64,000 bases of DNA from Camelus dromedarius (GCF_036321535.1 NC_087437.1:106518001-106582000), one strand, 5' to 3'. Counted from the first letter of the stretch, positions 26,586 through 41,344 are shown. Numbers and translations: made by a program. The notes: a model not told the origin generated them from the sequence alone.

Positions 26586-27029
26586 TAACAATGGTGTCAA
26601 TCTTTAAAATAAAACAGCCAGTTATTTTACCAGCAAAATGAGTTTATTCAGGAGTTGCAGAGGAACTGCATTTCGGGACAACTGAGTTATAGCAAAAATC
26701 ACAGGCCAGCCCAGCAAATGAAGGAAAGGAATGTTACTTTATAGAGAAAAAGGAGAAAGCTGGGAGGGGCTGGTTTGAATGAAAGTACACTGGAGGGAAA
26801 GGGAGAGTTCAGGGTGGTGGCAGCTTCTCATTGGCTGAGTTGCGGAGTTTTCCATTGGCTGAGCTTGTTGTTGGGCAAAGAGAAAACCTTCCCTCCTCCT
26901 GCATGGGTAGCAAAGTAGAGATCTTCCTAATTAGAAATGTAAAGCTGCGATGAGTGGTGTGTGCGTGAGGGCTCCCACTTCAGGGACGCCTGACTCTACT
27001 TTAAATGAGGTTCTCTTTATTAATTTCCA
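26586..27029 (-). mobile_element. Solo ERV LTR
   Basis: The minus strand has two CCAAT boxes (26854-26858, 26830-26834), TATAAA (26738-26743) and AATAAA (26643-26648) in U3-R order. Flanked by direct repeat CTCTGG (26580-26585, 27030-27035). Confidence 0.75.
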
Positions 27030-27344
27030 CTCTGGCTTTAAACTAGACATGTGTAGGTTAGACCCTATTTCCTAGAGATAAGAATTTAATGTTCTTTTAT
27101 CCAGATCCAAAAACCCTTGGTTTCTTCCCTAATCTGAGATCCTTATGTTATTTCTTGGTTGTTGAATAAACCTGCCCTTCCTCTGTTGATCACTTCTGGC
27201 GTAAGTAAACGACATTTATTTCTGTCATCTCAGAGGTCCCTTTAGGCATGTGAAATTGCTGCTTTATGCCCTTTGCCTTCCTACTGTTTACCCTATTCCT
27301 TCTTTTAGTTTTCCTTCCTTTTACAAGATTCAACTGAACTCCTC

Positions 27345-27470
27345 AATTCACTCATTCAACATGCACTTATTAAGTACCTACTATGTGCCATGACATGCTT
27401 AAAGCTCTAGGAATATATTTTAGCGAACGAAACAAAAGTCCCAGTTTTCATAGTGCTTACATTTCAGATA
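27345..27470 (-). mobile_element. L2 3' end fragment
   Basis: cattcaacatgcacttattaagtacctactatgtgcca. Confidence 0.7.
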
Positions 27471-28699
27471 AAAAACAATTATTTACAGATTTACAGGCAT
27501 TGCAGAAAAGCTGTCGTAGTCTTCAGCACCATGTACTGGTCATTCTCAATACAGCTCTATGATTATTCTTTCCCCTCATTAGACCCTCAAATCCCCTGAT
27601 TGTCAAATTTTCTCCCAACCTATTACCCTCTTAATGGGTTTGATATTTAAAATCAGAAGGTGCTGAGGTGCTCTACTGCCAGGTTACTACTACAGTTTAT
27701 GGAAATATTACTCCAAAGTACGAGGAGTTTTTTCTCTAATCCAACGGTACCATCTATTAGAAGAATTGACATAATTAAAGGATTAAAACTGCATTGACTG
27801 TTCAGATTTTTTCCCAGACTGTTCAGATAGTTTTTCCCACCACATAAAAGAAACAAACGAATATACTGTTTACGCAAATAAAAAAAATGTGATTTCTACA
27901 CTATTCCAAACAACATCAGGTACCAGTACTACTAACACAAACGACTGTCCCTGGAACATGTTTTCTCATTCAAGCTCTTCATTTTCTCTACATACACCTT
28001 AGACTTCATACCAGGCCTCACTCTCCTTTAAGAAACTTCTACTGAATGCTCCAGCCTTATCTCATATTCTTACAGCGACCCTTCATCTTACAGAGAAAGT
28101 GCATACCCTCTGGCCATAAAGTGGATTATTAATTACGATTGGAGATTTCAACAGATTTGTGGTTAGGAGAGAGCTTCCAGGGAAAAAGGAGTCTAGTTTT
28201 GATTATTTTGAGTTTGAGGCCCTAAACAAATACCTGTCACTAGATTAGCAGAGAAGATCAGCATGTTTCTATAGTAAAAATGATCATAACGACAAACCGC
28301 TACAACATTGAAAACAGAGAAATTCTGCCCTGAATTCTATAAAGTGGGTATAGAGGTAATTGTATATATGTGTAGTTACACAGTATACCCACGGTGAAGC
28401 AAACATCCTGTACAGCTGATACACAAGACACAAGCTCAGCTGTGAATCTGCAGTTCAGCTTTCTCCAGCTCAAAGTTAGCTAAATACAGACACCTCTAAC
28501 ACTAGTTTCACTTACAACTTGTAATCTCAAAGAAATTTTCTGGATTTAAAAAAATGCCCGGAAGCCTAAACTCAACTTCATCCTGCCGTAGACCTACTTG
28601 ATAAATTTCTCTGTAGCAGAAAGAAGTGATAAAAATCACTCATTAGTCGTCTCTCTGCTACACACCACCATATTTCTAAACTCTGTACTTAAATAGCTA

Positions 28700-29145
28700 T
28701 TTTCTTGATTTTTCCACTTTCGGTTCTTACTGTGAAGGTGAGTCCGCCCCGCCCCCTCACCTTTCCAGTAGTTCCATCATGTATATATCACCTGCGCTGT
28801 GACTGGCTCAGTGCTGCTCTGACCTGGGCAATGGTGCAGTCTTTCTTTTCATCTTACAACTGTTTGTATTTAATTTTTGCTTTTGCTTTTTCTAAAGTTA
28901 ACAATCACCCCATTTTCACATTTGCTTCATTTTCCAGGCACTCATCGGTCCTTCTTTCCTGAACTCTGCAACAGAATTCTGTAACCACTCTAAGTACAGG
29001 CAGGTCCACCAGTAAGGAACCAGCGCTAATTTTTTCTGGAGACCTCCCTCCTGGGAGCCTCCCCGTTCTCCTCCAATCTGGACTGACTGCTCTCCAGCCT
29101 GCTGCACAGCTGTTGCCTTGGGACGTCCCTTCACCATCAGGTTTC
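28700..29145 (-). mobile_element. Ancient L1ME/HAL1-like fragment
   Basis: ctggactgactgctctccagcctgctgcacagctgttgccttggga...cccttcaccatc, recognised from memory. Confidence 0.5.
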
Positions 29146-31794
29146 AAAGCTAAAGCCTGAGACTCCTTGATAGGAGGGGAGAAAAAAAAAAAAAAAAAAA
29201 AGGACTCCTGGGACACACCACATCACCAGCAAGAACTGAAATTTATCAAGGGATCTGGAAGAGAGGGAAAGTGTAATGAAGTGACTCCTGTGATAAAAAA
29301 GAAAGATAACAGAATTTATCCTTAGACTCTACAGCAAAACAAACTGAGAGCGCTGGCTGTGCCAAGTACTAAAATTCAAACATTTCATAACATCCTTTGA
29401 TACTGAAGTTGAAATACATCTAGCCTTCATATCTGCTGTCATCTTCATGTCATTTCTGACATTCATGATGCTTTTACTGTGCATACTTTTTTGCCTCAGG
29501 GCTTTTTGGTCAATTCTTTCATGACCTACAAATATCAAATTACTTTTATATTTACATTGTATATCTATAGTTTATATTAAAATACCTGAGAAAAATTGTT
29601 TCCCCAAATTTCTCTTCAATATGTTTGATTTAATTAGCTCTTCTCATAATAAATACACTTATACATTAATGGGCACTATTTGGAGATACTACAAAGATAT
29701 GCTGTACCTAAATCACAATATAAAGCTAAAATTCTTTAAGCCCACAAAAAAGCATTTCTCATCTCTTTTCCTAAGAAAGAAGTACATCAAAAATTTCCTG
29801 TCATTGGTGATGGCATTAAGTCTATGTCTAATATATTTTACATATCATTTACATAACTTTTAAAATGTAGTTTACTAAGTAAAATATAATGAATACTAGG
29901 GTTTTGTGGTAAGAGTCTAATTTAATTCATTGAATTCCATTTTTTTTTTATGTTGGGTTTAAGCCACTTTCCTGTCCTAAGAACCATAATAATGGTTGTC
30001 TGTATCACTCTAAAGTTTTTCTTACATTTCATATTCTTTATCTAGTTACAATTATTCATGTGGCATAAAACATCTTGCCCTAAATCCAGAAAAGTCTGGT
30101 ATAGCTGTCATTCACAAGTTGTATTTTCTACCATAGCCCTTTGGAAAGTTATTTACTGGCTAGAACAGTAAACAAAAATCAAGAAAACGTCTCAAGTGTG
30201 TTATTTGTTTTAGGAAATAATATGATGAGAATTGAGCTCTAAACACATAGGAAAAAATCAATTTCCTTCCTCCGTTGGAGGTAGGAAGTGATGGCAAGCA
30301 ATACATCATCTAAAAAAGAAGTTACCAGAGTAAAAAGAGAACTCTGATGAAAGTCAATTTATTTCTTGATTCCCTACCATAATCATGTTTAATCATTCAC
30401 ATCAGAAAACAGGAAATTCCACGACAAAAGACATAGCTTGAGATTAGGTGGAAACACTGTGGTTCTTTGTATTAAATTTAGGTTAAACAGCAAGCTAATG
30501 ACTTCCAAGACTGAATTATGCAGAGGTAACCAGGAAGCAGCTGTTTACTGGCTGGCCCAGAAAAGTAAATGTTTCAAGACCAGCAGATCTGATATGACAG
30601 CACCAACTCCAAATACAGAGAGTGAAATTAAAACTCCAAACAAAATACGTTCACTATGTAGCTGATGTGTTATTAAATCTAAAGGCAATTTTGCCCTTTA
30701 TTTAAAAAAAAAAATTAAGTAGGTGAAAATGTGACCATGTGAAATTTTAAGTTACACATGACTTTTTTTTTTTTTGGATGCCAGCATTTGTCTGTCTGTC
30801 TGTCTGTCTCTAAATATGGAAACTATCTAAAAGCAATATAAAAAATAAACACAGACTAGGCTTTTCATGAGTTTATCTGCTCTTTATGAAAGCAAACAGT
30901 AAATAATAGGGGTCATAACTAACTTATTTGGAGAATCCATAATAATCTCAATTAAAAAAAATTTTCATATCCCAGGATCTCTTGGAGAGAGCCCTAATAC
31001 ATACATACAACTCAAACAGTGCCAGTATTTTATACAAATGGCACCCAGAGCAGCAGGTGATTCCCAAGTTTCTATTCATCTTTTGATGATTGAATTACTA
31101 GCTTAAAAAATGTTTCCTACTCTCAAAAATTCTAACCTCAGTTGCCAAAAGACAAAAGTTAAGTCACCATGTGGATACACAAAAGGAAGAGGTACATACT
31201 TGAAGCCAACCTGAAAATAAGTATTTAGATATAAATTTAAATGAAAAAATTATAACAATAGTATCTATTATAAATAAATGACAATACTGATGCTTTTTAA
31301 AAACTGCCACTCTTATCAGAACCAATGACCTCTTACGTTTGAAAATGGTGCATAGCGTTTAAGGCTACCTTCAGGACTTTGCTCATCTTTGTCTAAATAC
31401 CCAAAATGTATCTCCATTCTTGCCCCCTCATCCTTGAAATCTTGGCTCAATGCTACTTCTTGCCAAGTATTCTTAAAGTCCTTAGCTAGATCCCTCTACT
31501 CCTAGATTACAAATTCTAAAAAAGAGACCACATTTCACCTATCTCCAGGGTCAAGCACATGCAGGTAGTCAATAAAAATTCAAACAACAAATATATAAAT
31601 TATAACTCTTACTAGTCATTTTTCTTAGGATTTACTTCTCTATGAATAGTCAACTGACGGTTTCTCAAGTTGGAAATTTAGAGAAAAAATTATTTAAAAG
31701 TTCCTTTATTATTAACAAATAATAGAAATTATGAATGCTTTTTAACTCATCAGTAAGTAATATTAGAGCTGAATGTAGAGGAATTCGTATACTT

Positions 31795-31890
31795 GTTTGT
31801 TTGTTTGTTTATTAGGGAGGCACTGGGGATTGAACCCAGGAGCTCATGTCCACTAAGCAGGCACTCTACCACTGAGCTACACCCTCCCCT
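31795..31890 (-). mobile_element. tRNA-derived SINE (camelid type)
   Basis: Reverse complement ggggagggtgtagctcagtggtagag...cctgggttcaatccccagtgcctcc plus (AAAC)n tail. TSD GTATACTT at 31787-31794 and 31892-31899. Confidence 0.88.
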
Positions 31891-32930
31891 TGTATACTTA
31901 CTTTAAACTCAGGATCTCCATGTTTAAATATATACAAGTCAACGGCACATCTATTTTATGAAAGCAACTGTAAGATTTGTAAAGCCTTTCAGGTAATAAT
32001 TGTTTGCAAAAAAGTCAAACAAATGCAAATACATCTACCACGATGTTAACCACAGCATCATTAACAACCACCCCAACAAAACAAATGAAGCAACCTAACT
32101 GCCAAAAATAAAGAATAAATACATTTTAGTGTCTGAGGTAATGCTAGATTAAAAAATGAGCTTTCAAAGAAAATTTGATTTCATAAATCATGTGTCATAA
32201 AAATGTCAGGTGTAAAAAGGCAGGTCACAAAGTAGAAAACACAGGAGTATACACTGTTAAAAATACTAAGTAAAACATATATGCAAAAAAATGCAGACAA
32301 AATAGGCTGAAAGGATGTCAAACGGTCTCGGCTATTATTTCCTGGTAGCGGTCACATTTTCTAAACTTTGTAAAATGAACATGTATTACTTTTAAAGTCA
32401 GAGAATTTCAAGTACACAATTGCAGTTCTTAGCTCGTATTAACCAAGATGCCTATTAATTTCACTAAACACCATGCATCACTGAGACGCACTGGGACAAG
32501 AGCAGGGCAAATAAAGTGACGCTTCCTCTTCTGGCCTATCACCTAGAACCCCCGGATGCACTGTGTGTTGAGGACACTGCTGACAACAGACCACACCCAT
32601 AGTGTATAGTAGCAAAATTTCGGAAGTTGTTTTTTAATTCCTAATGACTCATATTATGTAATGACTCCAAATATATCTCCAGTGGAAAAAAGACAAAATC
32701 AAAGATTTCACCTAAATAAGTCACTAATGCTATCATAGCTCTTAACCCGGATAGAACGTGAAGCTGTTAAAATAATAACAATGTCCCAGAATAATGACAT
32801 AATAACAAGTACAGTGATTAAGATGAGAAGATGAAACTAAAGTGGAATTAGAGCTAACAAGAACCACTAAATTTTTCTTTCCAATTTTTATTTTTTTTAA
32901 ATCGGTCTTTTAACTCATTTCCCTTCATAA

Positions 32931-33086
32931 GTTTTATTTATTTTATTTTTTATTTTTTAATTTATCAACATACACAGTTACAATGTGTCGATTTCTGGTG
33001 TTCAGAATAATGTTTCAGTCATGCATATATATACATATATTTGTTTTCATATTCTTTTTCATTATAGGTTATTACAAGATATTGAA
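32931..33086 (-). mobile_element. Short lineage-specific L1 3' fragment
   Basis: T-rich tail, then ttacaatgtg...tttctggtg...attctttttcattataggttattacaagatattgaa. Confidence 0.75.
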
Positions 33087-33758
33087 ATTTTAGAAAGCAA
33101 ATGAAGCTGGAGCCAACAAAGCTGGGACCAATGTGGATCACTGGTCTTGGCAGATGGTCAAATTGGAAGGAAATCATTTTTACAGGTTTTCCTGCTCAAC
33201 CAAATGGGAGGGGGCTTCACTTTCTAAGTCCTCCCCCACCCCAAAGGAATCTACAGGATAAATGTGATTTCTTCCCATTCAATAACACACCCCAAAACAA
33301 ATGTGGTTCCCAGATGCAATTTTTTGAGAAAAAATTTTAAGCAAGACAAGGATTTTTCTGAAGAACTACTGATGATTAATGCTGCCTAAGCTTGGCTGAA
33401 GGTAAGAAGGGAGATTACTTTTCTTCTGGCAGCATCATATTTCTAAAATATATTTTCCCAGAAGAAGTTATTCCTACTGTATAAACCTCATAAAACATAA
33501 CTACCAATAGATAAAACAAATTAAGAATCATCCTGTGTGTCCTTTTAAGCCTTTTGATTTTTTTTTCAACCATCACTAACCGAAGGTAGATACAAAATTT
33601 TATGTGCTGATTTCATAGTTTAGCTTTTTCTGAAGAAAAAAACTACTCATTTATTATAGAAATTTTAAAAAGGCCTAAATAAAATAAAAATCGCCTGTAA
33701 TTCCACTGTTTGAAGATTAACACTGGTGAGATTTTTTTTCCATGCATTTTTTTTTCCA

Positions 33759-34228
33759 TAGTGGAGAACCAGACTCTACTTACTGATTTTGGAGTATGAC
33801 TAATATTCAAAGGTGGAAGACCACATAAAAAGGAGTCTGATGTCCCTCCAAAGTGGGCGATTAGCCTTCCCTGATAAAGAAATGCCCAGAGATTCTGGTC
33901 CTTCCTTACGAGAGGACAACATAGGCAATGCTTAAAAACAGAGAACATTCGAGAATCTGTCTCCATCTCATGTGCAGAGGCCAGACTCATCAAGCATCAT
34001 TCCCATGGTGTTTATACATCTCCCAGGACTTCATAAGGGGTGGGATCTACAGAGCTCAGAGGTCCCAGGACTGGAGGAGCCGGAGGCACTGGCTAGCTAT
34101 CGTAGTGGATTACCGTGCTGAGATCTGGGCGTTCAAAGAGCTTTACAGTCCACAATAAAAATGTTCTACCATCCCCACCCCATCCTGAAAATTAGGTAAA
34201 GTCTTAAGTAGCAACCTTGAATTCTGCA
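33759..34228 (+). mobile_element. Probable ancient LTR, family not identified
   Basis: ~470 bp GC-richer block starting gtggagaacc, with AATAAA near 34154 and ending ...ttctgca. Confidence 0.4.
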
Positions 34229-35539
34229 GTATGCTGTGTCTCAAGAGAACAGCGTATAGCACAAATCCAAAAAACTATCCTGGTGCAGTATCTTTTCAAG
34301 TATCCAAATGCCTGCTTTTCACGCTAAAGATTAAGATAGCTTTAGAGAATTCACACAAAAGCAGTCACCTAGAAAACAAAGTTTGCTTGTCCTAAAGTTT
34401 CATTAAAACGATAAAATGCAAAATGGAAATGAATTAAATAACTTCAATTTCTCATCTGACCATATCTGAATAGCTTTCACGTCATTCCTATTTGTATGTT
34501 TGGAAAGTCTCGAATGTGAAATGAAACAAAATGACACTGAAGGTAGTAATTCTTTAATTTCTAATTCTTTTGAATTAAGCTGTTAACCGTACTTTGCCCC
34601 ATAAGTCAATGACAACTTTCCCGATGCAATGCTACCTGCCTCTACTGGACAGAGGCAAATGCAGAAGAGCATGAATTTCAATAGTGGATCTATTACACCA
34701 TAAAGAGTAGCCATTCAAATGGAAAGGAGTTGAATGCTTTGCAAAGAAAACATTCTCCTTGAGTCATAATGATATGCTTGAATCCTGCAAGAGATAATTA
34801 ATAAAATGTTCAAATGACTAAGGGCAGATCTTACCCTCTGGTGCCAGAGGCAAAACTAAAGGCAAAGAGTGAAATGAGAAAGCCAGTTCACTCCCAAGGG
34901 AAATCATCCACTCCATGGGAGGAGAGTGGCAATGCCTAATACACTTTCTACATCTAGACAAAGAATGCAAGACACTGCAAGTGTGCCCAAGGCAAATACA
35001 TGGTTTAGAGAAAAATAACCCAATCAGCACTGGATCCTGCATCTGATAAAAAAAAGTCAAGGAGACTGCATGCAGAACATAACAGGCATTTTTCTCTCTG
35101 CCAGCTTTGTTCTGAATTTCAATATGCTTAATGTTTAAGACAATCTTATTCTGTTTTCTAGGTAGCAGCTTTCTGAGAATTAACTTCAGTAAAATAATTT
35201 CTTTTGTCTAAAGCATTTATTTAGATACACGCAGAAACTTTAGAGGGTACTTATGGTGATACTAAACAGTAATTCTTTGTTCCTGCAGCAAGTAATATAC
35301 AAGAACGTTACCTATTGTTACCATAAAGTGGAAAACATTGTCACGTGGAGATTTATCCTGGAACCACGGAGGTTCCAGTGACATGGCTGTGTCCTTTATG
35401 AGACATCCACTGTGAGATTTTTTTTTTTCAAAGTGTTACATATTGCCTCCAATTCACAGCCTGTCCTCTATGATTTGATTCTGTAAATCAGGTGTTTACT
35501 GGCTCTAATATAATTTTTGGCTAATACTGTGAGGAACAC

Positions 35540-35730
35540 TGGATTGAGAACGGAAAGATCTTAGGCTTTGGTCCTGATTCTACCAGTCAATAGCTGTGTG
35601 AGTTAGAAATCCAGTCTTGCTGACTCTCAGTATTTATGCCTGTGAAGTGAGACTAATAAAACCAACACTGCCTGCCTCACAGAGGAAAGATTTCAATGGG
35701 CGCCCTGTGTAATTATAAAGAGCTTGGTAT
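35540..35730 (+). mobile_element. MIR fragment
   Basis: ctttggtcctgattctaccagtcaatagctgtgtga...ctcagt...ctgtgaagtgagactaataa...cctgcctcacag. Confidence 0.65.
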
Positions 35731-36337
35731 CACTATGTACAACAGACCTAAAAATCTAGGGGAAAAAAGAGGGAAGGGAGGAAAGAAGAAAGGACCAATA
35801 GGGAAAGGAGGACAATGGGAAAAACAATGTTAAAGTTATCGGGACCACGCAGTATTAATGGAATTAAAAAATACATAAATTATACACCTTTTTCCCATTC
35901 CTTTTCCTGAAAATAAGACACAATGTGCATATTCAGTGGGGTTATTATATTATACATTACCTCTTGTAATACTTTTAGTTAGAGACTTTTGGAAGATTTG
36001 CCACTAGCAAGGGAACAAGCAGTACCCACATTCCTTAATTCTAAACTAAGCTCCAAAACAAAGTAGGAGACATTTTATGATTTACTTGTCATATTAGGGT
36101 CTGAATTTTAGTCCAATGGAAAAATAGCAAGGATTCGTAACATAGAAAAATATGATAAAAAAACTCATACAGGCCAGGTACCTACTGGAAATATCTAATG
36201 ATTACCTAGTCCCCCTTAGCAGTCAAGAAGAGGCAGTGTCAACGTGCTAATTTCATACCAGATACTATACCAGACCTGGGAAACTGGCTAAACACATCAC
36301 AAGTGACCTGTCTTCTGCAATTATGCAATCTGTTCAA

Positions 36338-37045
36338 AATAAGAAATACTGGTGAGGATGTGGAGAAAAGGGAACTTCTACACTATTGAGGAGGATGTAA
36401 ATTGGTGCAGCCACTGTGGAAAACAGTACGGAGGTTTCTCAAAAAAATAAAAACAGAACTACCATATGACCCAGCAATTCCACTCCTGGATATATATGCA
36501 AAAAAACCCCCAAAACACTAATTTGAAAAATACATGCATCCCATTGTTCACATCAAGCATTATTTATAACTGCCAAGACGTGGAAGCCACCTAAGTGTCC
36601 ATCAACAGATGAATGATAAAGAAGATAAAGAAGATGTGGTATATATATACATACACATAATGGAATACTACTCGGCCATAAAAAAGAATGAAATTTTACC
36701 ATTTGCAGCAACATGGATGGACTTGGGAGGGCATTGTGCTAAGTGAAATAAGTCAGACAGAGAAAGACAAATACTGTACACCCCCTTTATACATGGTATC
36801 TAAAAAAATACAAGAAACTAGTGAATATAAAAAGAACAAAGCTGACTCACATACATAGAGAACAAACTAGTGGTTACCAGTGGGGTGGAGAGGGGCAACG
36901 TAGGGCTCCAGGAGTAGGAGGTACAAACTACTGGGTGTAAGACAGGCTACAAGGATGTAATGTAAAACATGAGGAATATAGCCAATATTTTGTAATGACT
37001 GTAAATGGAATGTACCCTTTAAAAATTGTACTGAAAATGATGAAA
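36338..37045 (+). mobile_element. L1 3' fragment (end of ORF2 plus artiodactyl-type 3' UTR)
   Basis: ggtgaggatgtggagaaaaggga...gacccagcaattccactcctgg...ccatttgcagcaacatggatggac...gtggttaccagtgggg. Confidence 0.9.
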
Positions 37046-39155
37046 AAGAAATCCAACACACACTGATGCCAAAGCCTTAGCAGGAATCAGCTCCTTTCTA
37101 TTCTTTTGCAGAGCGTTTCAGGGAAAGAATTATTTTCTCAGCTTCTCCATTTCCTCCGTCCATCTTCACCCTGCACATCAGAGCTCTGGAAATAACCTGT
37201 CACCGCAGTGATACATTCTGAAATGGCCCTCTCTCCACAGTGGTTAACAAAATAGGATGAGGACAGGTCATTAACATTGCTATCAAACAGATGTTTGCTA
37301 GATAAGATTAATTATCAAAAACCAAATTACTTAGGATGGCATTTCCCCAAATGGCACACAATTCAGTTTATGACGACAAAAAACATATATTTGATAGCAA
37401 TCATAGCATTATCATAAAGTCTCCTGACTTTATATTTAGATCAAAACACATCCTATATATCTTGTGTTCCTTTTCAGTGTGTTTTCCCTTGGAGTTTCAA
37501 TTCATTCCTGCCGTAGGAACAGAGCTTTTCAGAGTTGGGGAGGTGTGTGCAGAGGAGGGGCAGGGAAAGTGGCTGGTCGTGGGTATACAGTTGATTTGGG
37601 ATCAAAGGAAATTTGCCACAATTAGTGGCACAATGATAGTGAATGTGGATTCCACCTTTTAGTTAACTCTAATAATTCTGAATAGAATTATGAAGCAGGA
37701 AGATCTAAGCAAAATGGTATGAGTTTACTTCTTACACACAACTACAGCTGTCAGTGTCAGATCAGGGGTCCTCATCCAGAGACCTAGAACCTGTTCCCAG
37801 GGAGCTTACATCCTAAAGAAAATGTATCTGAAACATTTCATAGAATGGGTAAGTGACAACGAAAAGAAACAAACTATTAACAAGACGTGGCCCACCTAAT
37901 AACCGGTTCCTGATCTACTTCCTAACTTACCCTGGATTAAATGGTCTGTAGGTTTAATGACTAAATTAGACTGAAACACACAGTTCCTGAAGACAGCTGA
38001 CCTCTATATTTTCTCAACACTGGAGTTCTGTCCCTTGTATTTAAACATCACTTATTTTCATCTTATTGAAACCTCATTTCTTGACTAGTCAGGCAGAAAT
38101 GGGTTAGAAGCCTTATGAAATATTTAGGAACAAGGAATAAGGAGAAACAAGGAAACTCTTGAATTGCCAAGTGTTTAAGAATCTGATTTTCCCATTTTCT
38201 TTATCGTAAATCCACCAGAAGAAACTTCCATATTCGAATGCTTGGTGTTTTCTATTCATATTTCAAATTTTGTGCGTGCATGAACAGTAATCAGTACGCT
38301 CTTAGGACATTCATGTTTGAACAAAGTATTAAATAGACCTCCAGAATCTTGGTCATCCGGACTTTCTAAGTTTGCTGTTGGTACTTTTTTTTAGAAAAAA
38401 ACCTTTTTTAGTCTTTACAAATTGGAATGTATATCAATATTTGTCTACATCCTCTGCAGATAAACCTCTATGTCCTTATATACAGCCATCCTACTGATAA
38501 ATAAACTTCTGGGAAATGTGTAGGTGCTAGCCATCAGATCAAAGATCGCTGATTTCCCCAATACTGGTTACCTAAAAAAGTCAACTAGGAAGAGACTAAG
38601 AACTGAGTCAGATTAAATACGGAGTATGACAGTGTTTCCAGAGGAAAAACATATGATACGAAGTAAAACAACTCAATTTTATAAATAACGAGTTAAAGTG
38701 AAATTTGAGGTCGGTGAGAGAAACAGGCATTTAAACCTTAGTGATCAAACTTTCCTCTAGTTTGATGTAATCAGAAAAACCCCAAAACCAAAAACAAAAA
38801 ATCCCAGCTCTCATTCTTCAATCATCACCAAACAGGAGGAGTGGTCAGTTGTTGCAGGAAAGAGATTTTTAAGAAATTAGCAACAAGCACATTAGGGTGT
38901 CTTGTCTAGGATGTCTATGTGAGGAAACACACAAGGCCCTAAATCTATTAAATCTAGATAATTAGTGTACATGAGAATCACGTCCAGAATTTGGCAAAAT
39001 TTGGATTCCTGGACCCCACCAATAGGCCTTTTCATTTAGCAGTTGCGGAATCGGTCCACAGGTTTGTAATTATAATAAACACATGGGATAAATTCATTCT
39101 GAGGCGGAAAGCTCATAAATACTGCTCCTTCATTGTCCAACACACAGCGGCACTA

Positions 39156-39455
<300 letters not shown>

Positions 39456-39630
39456 TCAACCCTGCTATCCTCCTAAGTAAGGTATTGCTAACCCCTGAGA
39501 TTTTAGCCTGCTCTCGGTGTGGTCAAGCTAAGGGAATTTAGGATAAAGAAAAAGATCAAGAACCTAACCAACCCGTTCAAAACAGTAAGCAATGCAACTT
39601 TGATTTGATTTTACTACACCCATTCAGGCT

Positions 39631-39797
39631 ATTTTTTTTTTAATTGAAGTATAGTTGATTTACAATGTTGTGCTAATTTCTGGTATACAGTATAGTGATT
39701 CAGTTACATATGCATATATATTCTTTTTCATTACAGATTATTACAAGGTATTGAATATAGGTCCCTGTGCTATACAGTAGGACCTTGTTGTTAATCT
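39631..39797 (-). mobile_element. Heavily 5'-truncated young L1
   Basis: tttttttttaattgaagtatagttgatttacaatgttgtg...ccctgtgctatacagtagga. Perfect 14-bp TSD CACCCATTCAGGCT at 39617-39630 and 39798-39811. Confidence 0.92.
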
Positions 39798-40815
39798 CAC
39801 CCATTCAGGCTTAAAATATTATTTTTCCAAGGGAGATAAAATAGAAAAGAAGGAGGGGGCCCTCTTACAAGCATGGGGTTATTTTCAATGCAAAGTAAAC
39901 TGGTGTGAGGATGATATTCTGCAATGCCCTGAATAGATGTTACAGTAGTAATCTGGTAATATTACCATTACTTATATTCACAACCCACCCTTGTCTTCTC
40001 AATTAAGCAAACATTTCAAGTACAGGATATGACACAGAGCAAGCTTTTATATAAAAATGCTTCTCTTTATTTGAAGTAATTTACGTAAGAATAATTTATC
40101 AAAAAGTTATGATAGGTGTCATTTAGATAAAGAATTGCATTTCCTAATCTCTTTCCTTCATAACTAACTATAGCCCTTTGCTTTGATTATTGTTCTCAAT
40201 AAATCATGGTGTTTACTGAGCACTTGGAATGAAGTGTGAAACTTGATGAACCAAAATGTATCTGTGAAAATATCAAATCACTCCTATTTATTAATAATAA
40301 TGAGCAGAGATTTGAAAGAAAAATAGAAACATAAAAATTTAATTCTAAAATGGGCTTTTCCTTGCATGAATCATACATTTTGTCAGGGTTGCTGTTTTGT
40401 CAGATAAATACAATGAAGAGAGAAAAGCATAAGAGAACTGAGGGTGTAAGCAAGGGAATGGTTATAACGATGGGCCATGAAATCTAAGGTGGGGATATGG
40501 GGGTGGGAGACACAGTTAAAAGGCTGTAGTACCAATAAATCCTGGTGTGTGCTACAGAATTTTGATATTAAGGTACCAAAGACAATGGAGTGGTTAGAAG
40601 CAGTACTGAAGAGAGTCAGAAAGTTGAAATTAATATTTTTGGAGCAGTTACAGTTATTGGTAATTGCAAGGAGTATAATATGAGTATCATAAGGAATGAC
40701 TGAAGAAGAATGATGAAGGCAAGACCACTTGGAGGAATGAAAATCAAAGAACAGAGAAACTAGAGTCTTGTAAGGATCATTGAAGTTGATATTAAAATTA
40801 CTTAAGAATTATGAA

Positions 40816-41344
40816 ATTATTTACAGTAGCCAAGCCATGGACGCAACCTAAATGTCCACCGACAGATAAATGGATAAATAAGATGTGATACATATACACA
40901 GTGGAACATATTACTCAGCCATAAAAAAGAATGAAATCTTGTCACATGGATGGACCCAAAGAGTATCATACTAAGTGAAGTAAGTCAGACAGAGAAAGAC
41001 AAATATATGATATCATTTATACGTGGAATCTTAAAAAAAATGATACAAATGAATTTATTTACAAACTGGAAACAGACTCTCAGACATAGAAAACAAACTA
41101 TGGTTACCAAAGGGGAAAGAGGTGGTGGGGAGGGATAAATTAGGAGACTGGGGTTAACATATACACATTATTACATATAAAGTAGATAAACAAGGACCTG
41201 CTGTATAGCACAGGGAACTATATTCAGTATCTTGTAATAATCTATAATGGGAAAGAATATATAAATGTATAACTGAACCACTGTGCTATACACCTGAAAC
41301 TAACATAATATTGTAAATCAACTAGACTTCAATTAAAAAAAAAA
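40816..41344 (+). mobile_element. 5'-truncated lineage-specific L1, same family as 21866-22254
   Basis: Shared 3' UTR and poly-A tail. TSD aagaattatgaa / aagaattacaaa, consistent with CpG decay of an original aagaattacgaa. Confidence 0.9.

Noticed and set aside
29161..29208. A-tract flanked by GACTCCT repeats
   Set aside because: Too short to distinguish a tail-only retro-insertion from a slippage-expanded A run.
31795..31890. tRNA-like sequence (also 8494-8631)
   Set aside because: A-rich tails, target-site duplications and the lack of an intact cloverleaf mark these as SINEs, not tRNA genes.
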